From positions 216,566,001-216,630,000 of the forward strand of contig OZ024743.1 of assembly GCA_964016885.1 (NCBI GenBank): a DNA stretch of 64,000 nt, given 5' to 3'. Shown one piece after another: positions 61,291 through 64,000 of the stretch. The position numbers were made by a program, and so were the translations under genes. The notes below the pieces were generated by a model. That model was given only the letters and a program-made list of their open reading frames with translations, did not search any database and was not told where the DNA came from. This stretch comes from Eledone cirrhosa (Eukaryota). Position 1 is the stretch's first letter, and each line of letters starts with the position of its first letter.

Positions 61291-61328
61291 CCTTTTGAAA
61301 AGCAGAAGAACTGCGAAACCGGTAAAGG
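61291..61328 (+). ncRNA. Minimal type I HHR, U3-A8 core
   Basis: cctt TTGAAAA gcag aagaa ctgc GAAA ccgg TA aagg. Confidence 0.85.
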
Positions 61329-61493
61329 AACCAAATAAATATATATATTTAAAAAAAAAATAAGCCTCCAGTTGCATTTTCGATTTCATCTCTTTTTCTT
61401 TATGCTTTCACTCGTGTAGGACACCTCGGTTATTTTTCATTTTGTAAAAAAACCCTCACTTTCTAATATATAGCCACCACACGAAGACCGAAA

Positions 61494-62696
61494 ATGGCAC
61501 CAAAGTCTCAAGAAAACAACAACTCACTGAACCAGGACATCTTAAATGAACTCAAAGAGATTTCCTCTAAACTCTCAATGTTGACCAACAAAGTGGACCA
61601 AATACACATCTATAAAAAAGGACCCCACGAAGAAACAGAAAATACACAAGAGACGAATATTACTCCAGTATTAACTAAGCTAATCGAAACCATTGAAACA
61701 GCAATGCTCCAAAAGCTTGAACAACCGTTAGAACCCAATCTACGAGATGTCCACTCAGTGAAAAACACCCTAATCAACATATGGACTCAAAAGCTCACAG
61801 CCCGCAAATTCGCCCTTTGGAATCTCCTAAAAAATAATGGCAAGGCAGACATATATGAAAAGTGGCTAAACTCTACCCCAATCATCCTCCCCAAAAAACT
61901 CCAAATAAAACCCATCCCGAATGAACCAGAAAACCAACAAAGACTTAGGGAAAAGATGGCATTGGAAACATTTAAAACAGAAATAGAACTGTTGCGATTA
62001 AGAGCCAACTCCAACGAAGAAAAATTCAAGTCACTCGACCAACAGATGGACACAGAAATCTCAAAGCACTCTGAAGGCCTACTCTACAAAAAAACCCTAA
62101 AACTTTGGAAAGAAAACTGTGAGGATGAAGAACTAACATCCCTCCAGCGATGGGAAAAAAACGCTACCTGGTTCAACAACTACGAAATGGACTTCAAAAA
62201 TGAACAACATACAGGTAACCCATTTTTAAAACAAACTAAAACTCACACACCACATGCACAACAAATAACAAAAAAAGTAACAAAACGTCCAACATACCCA
62301 CAGCAAAACTATAACGATAATCCCAGAAACCAGGGACAAAACTATAACCCTACTAACAAAAAGCAAAGATCCCCGAACACAAGGTAGGACCTGATCCGCA
62401 GATCACAACCCACACAAAACCTATTCCCAAACCGTAGACCCCTGCCCACACAGAGCCTGTTCCAAAACCGTAGATCCCAACCCACACAAAGGAACCAAAT
62501 CTACAACCCGGACTATCAACAAACCGAACCTCAATACGTCCGAAACTCCTATACAAGACCACACAACAACAGAGGAAATACCATTAGATATAATAATACC
62601 AATGAAAAAACATTCCAGAAAAATCATTTTTTAGACCAAGGCTACAGGACTCACGACACCCGGTGGCACAAACCGATTTTGAAAAACCGAAAATAA
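61494..62696 (+). CDS. PLE ORF1, predicted helical/coiled-coil with a Q/N/P/R-rich tail (about 400 codons; one internal TAG at 62385)
   Basis: 297-aa ORF that continues in frame past the TAG through ..QKNHFLDQG.. to TAA at 62694-62696; heptad-like Leu/Ile pattern. Confidence 0.7.
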
Positions 62697-64000
62697 TTAA
62701 TATTTCAAATACAAACCTCTCAGCCCAACAAGTAAAAATTCTCTCCAAATGTCTGAAATTCACACCAACACCACAATACCCTAACCCCAACGAGATAAAT
62801 GACGATGTCTCACACTTCTGTAGAAAATTACGTCTCACAGAGGAATTCTTTGACAAGGAGAATAACGACGAATCAATTGTACGGAATAAAAGCAGCTACA
62901 ACCCAACAAAAGGTAGAAACAGAGTTCTGGACAAATTTTGTGACCACATAGCTACCTTCCCATACCATGAACTACCGCAACCTAAACCCAAACCCAACAC
63001 AAGTCGAATGGAATGGGAGATTATCCATGAACTAAAAAACAATACGGACATTGTAATTAAGGAAGCGGACAAGGGAGGTACTGTTGTCGTTATGGAGGCT
63101 GAAAAATATAAAAATTCTATGTTCTCTCTCTTACAAAATACTAATTACTATGAAAGAGTAAAAAACTACCAACAATCAAAAATAATGACCAAATTAAACA
63201 CACTGATTTATCGATACCAGGAAGACCTAACTAAAAAGGAACGCGATTATTTAACAAATTTTGAATACAAAACCAGCAACCTTTACGGACTTCCGAAGAT
63301 CCACAAATGTAAAATAATCAACGATGCCTGTAAACAATCCACCTCAGCCTGCGTGAACACACAATACCCCACAGACCTTAAATTAAGACCAATTGTAGCG
63401 GGCCCACAATGTGAAACACACAGATTGAGCAACTTTATAGACATACTACTGAAACCAATACTGAAACACATACCAAGCCTTGTAAGAGACGATCTGGACC
63501 TCTTAAACCACCTCCCCAAACATGTCAACAACGACACTATTATTGTGTCTTTCGATGTAGTGAATCTCTACACAACGATCCCACACCAATACGGACTAGA
63601 AGCAATATGATTCTGGCTAGAAAAATATCCCAATGAGATACCTGACAGAATAGAAAAAAGCTTCATCACCGAGGGATTAAAATTCATCCTACAGAACAAC
63701 TTTTTTGATTTCGATGGCAATACTTACAAGCAAATATCGGGGACTGCGATGGGTACAAAAGCCGCTCCAACTTATGCCAACTTAGTCATGGCATACTTAG
63801 AAGTCCAGATATATGAACAGTCCAAATCAAAATACGGATTGAACTTCCACAAATATTTATCAGAGAATTGGAAACGCTACTTGGATGATTGCCTCATTCT
63901 TTGGTCCCACACACTCGACCAACTGAAGGATTTCAAAAACTTAATAAACGGCATCAATAACCACATCCAATTCACAATGGAATACAGCCAAGATCAACTC
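62627..64000 (+). pseudogene. PLE reverse transcriptase in the -1 frame relative to ORF1 (one TGA at 63608)
   Basis: IINIS..LKFTPTP, EADKGGTVVVM, YGLPKIHK, FDVVNLYTTIPH, GTAMGTKAAPTYANL, WKRYLDD. Confidence 0.92.

Larger units (their letters stand above)
61030..64000 (+). mobile_element. Neptune-like PLE with 5' pLTR, ORF1 and RT; runs off the window
   Basis: HHR upstream of ORF1; RT motifs from IINIS to WKRYLDD; RT closely related to the two other Neptune-like elements. Confidence 0.92.

Noticed and set aside
63608-63610. TGA in the RT as Sec or readthrough
   Set aside because: Aligns to a non-Cys position (K or H in the sister elements); simple nonsense decay is more likely.

Overview
Eukaryotic, very AT-rich, repeat-saturated DNA with no recognisable host gene; nearly all YI/CV/TH-rich ORFs are microsatellite artefacts. 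The tRNA-derived SINEs and repeat landscape suggest a cephalopod (Octopus-like) genome, which is an inference. Most of the window is (TA)n microsatellite into which Penelope-like retroelements (PLEs; RT plus GIY-YIG endonuclease) and their non-coding derivatives have inserted, usually as fold-back (inverted) structures. Three PLE groups are present: Neptune-like, Naiad-like and tentatively Nematis-like. By eye I find about 45 type I hammerhead ribozyme (HHR) motifs in about 15 sequence families, including four families with a compensated U3-A8 core, and a near-perfect 4.7 x 628-bp HHR-bearing tandem array (retrozyme-like). Also present: a full-length decayed Tx1/L1-clade LINE with a 10-bp TSD in a (TC)n tract, two CR1-like fragments and several SINEs. 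Most notable: three divergent Neptune-like PLEs all have an upstream ORF1 that runs through CAT TTT TTA, with the RT-EN frame opening in the -1 frame at that point and lacking its own ATG. This looks like a conserved gag-pol-style programmed -1 ribosomal frameshift (U UUU UUA).
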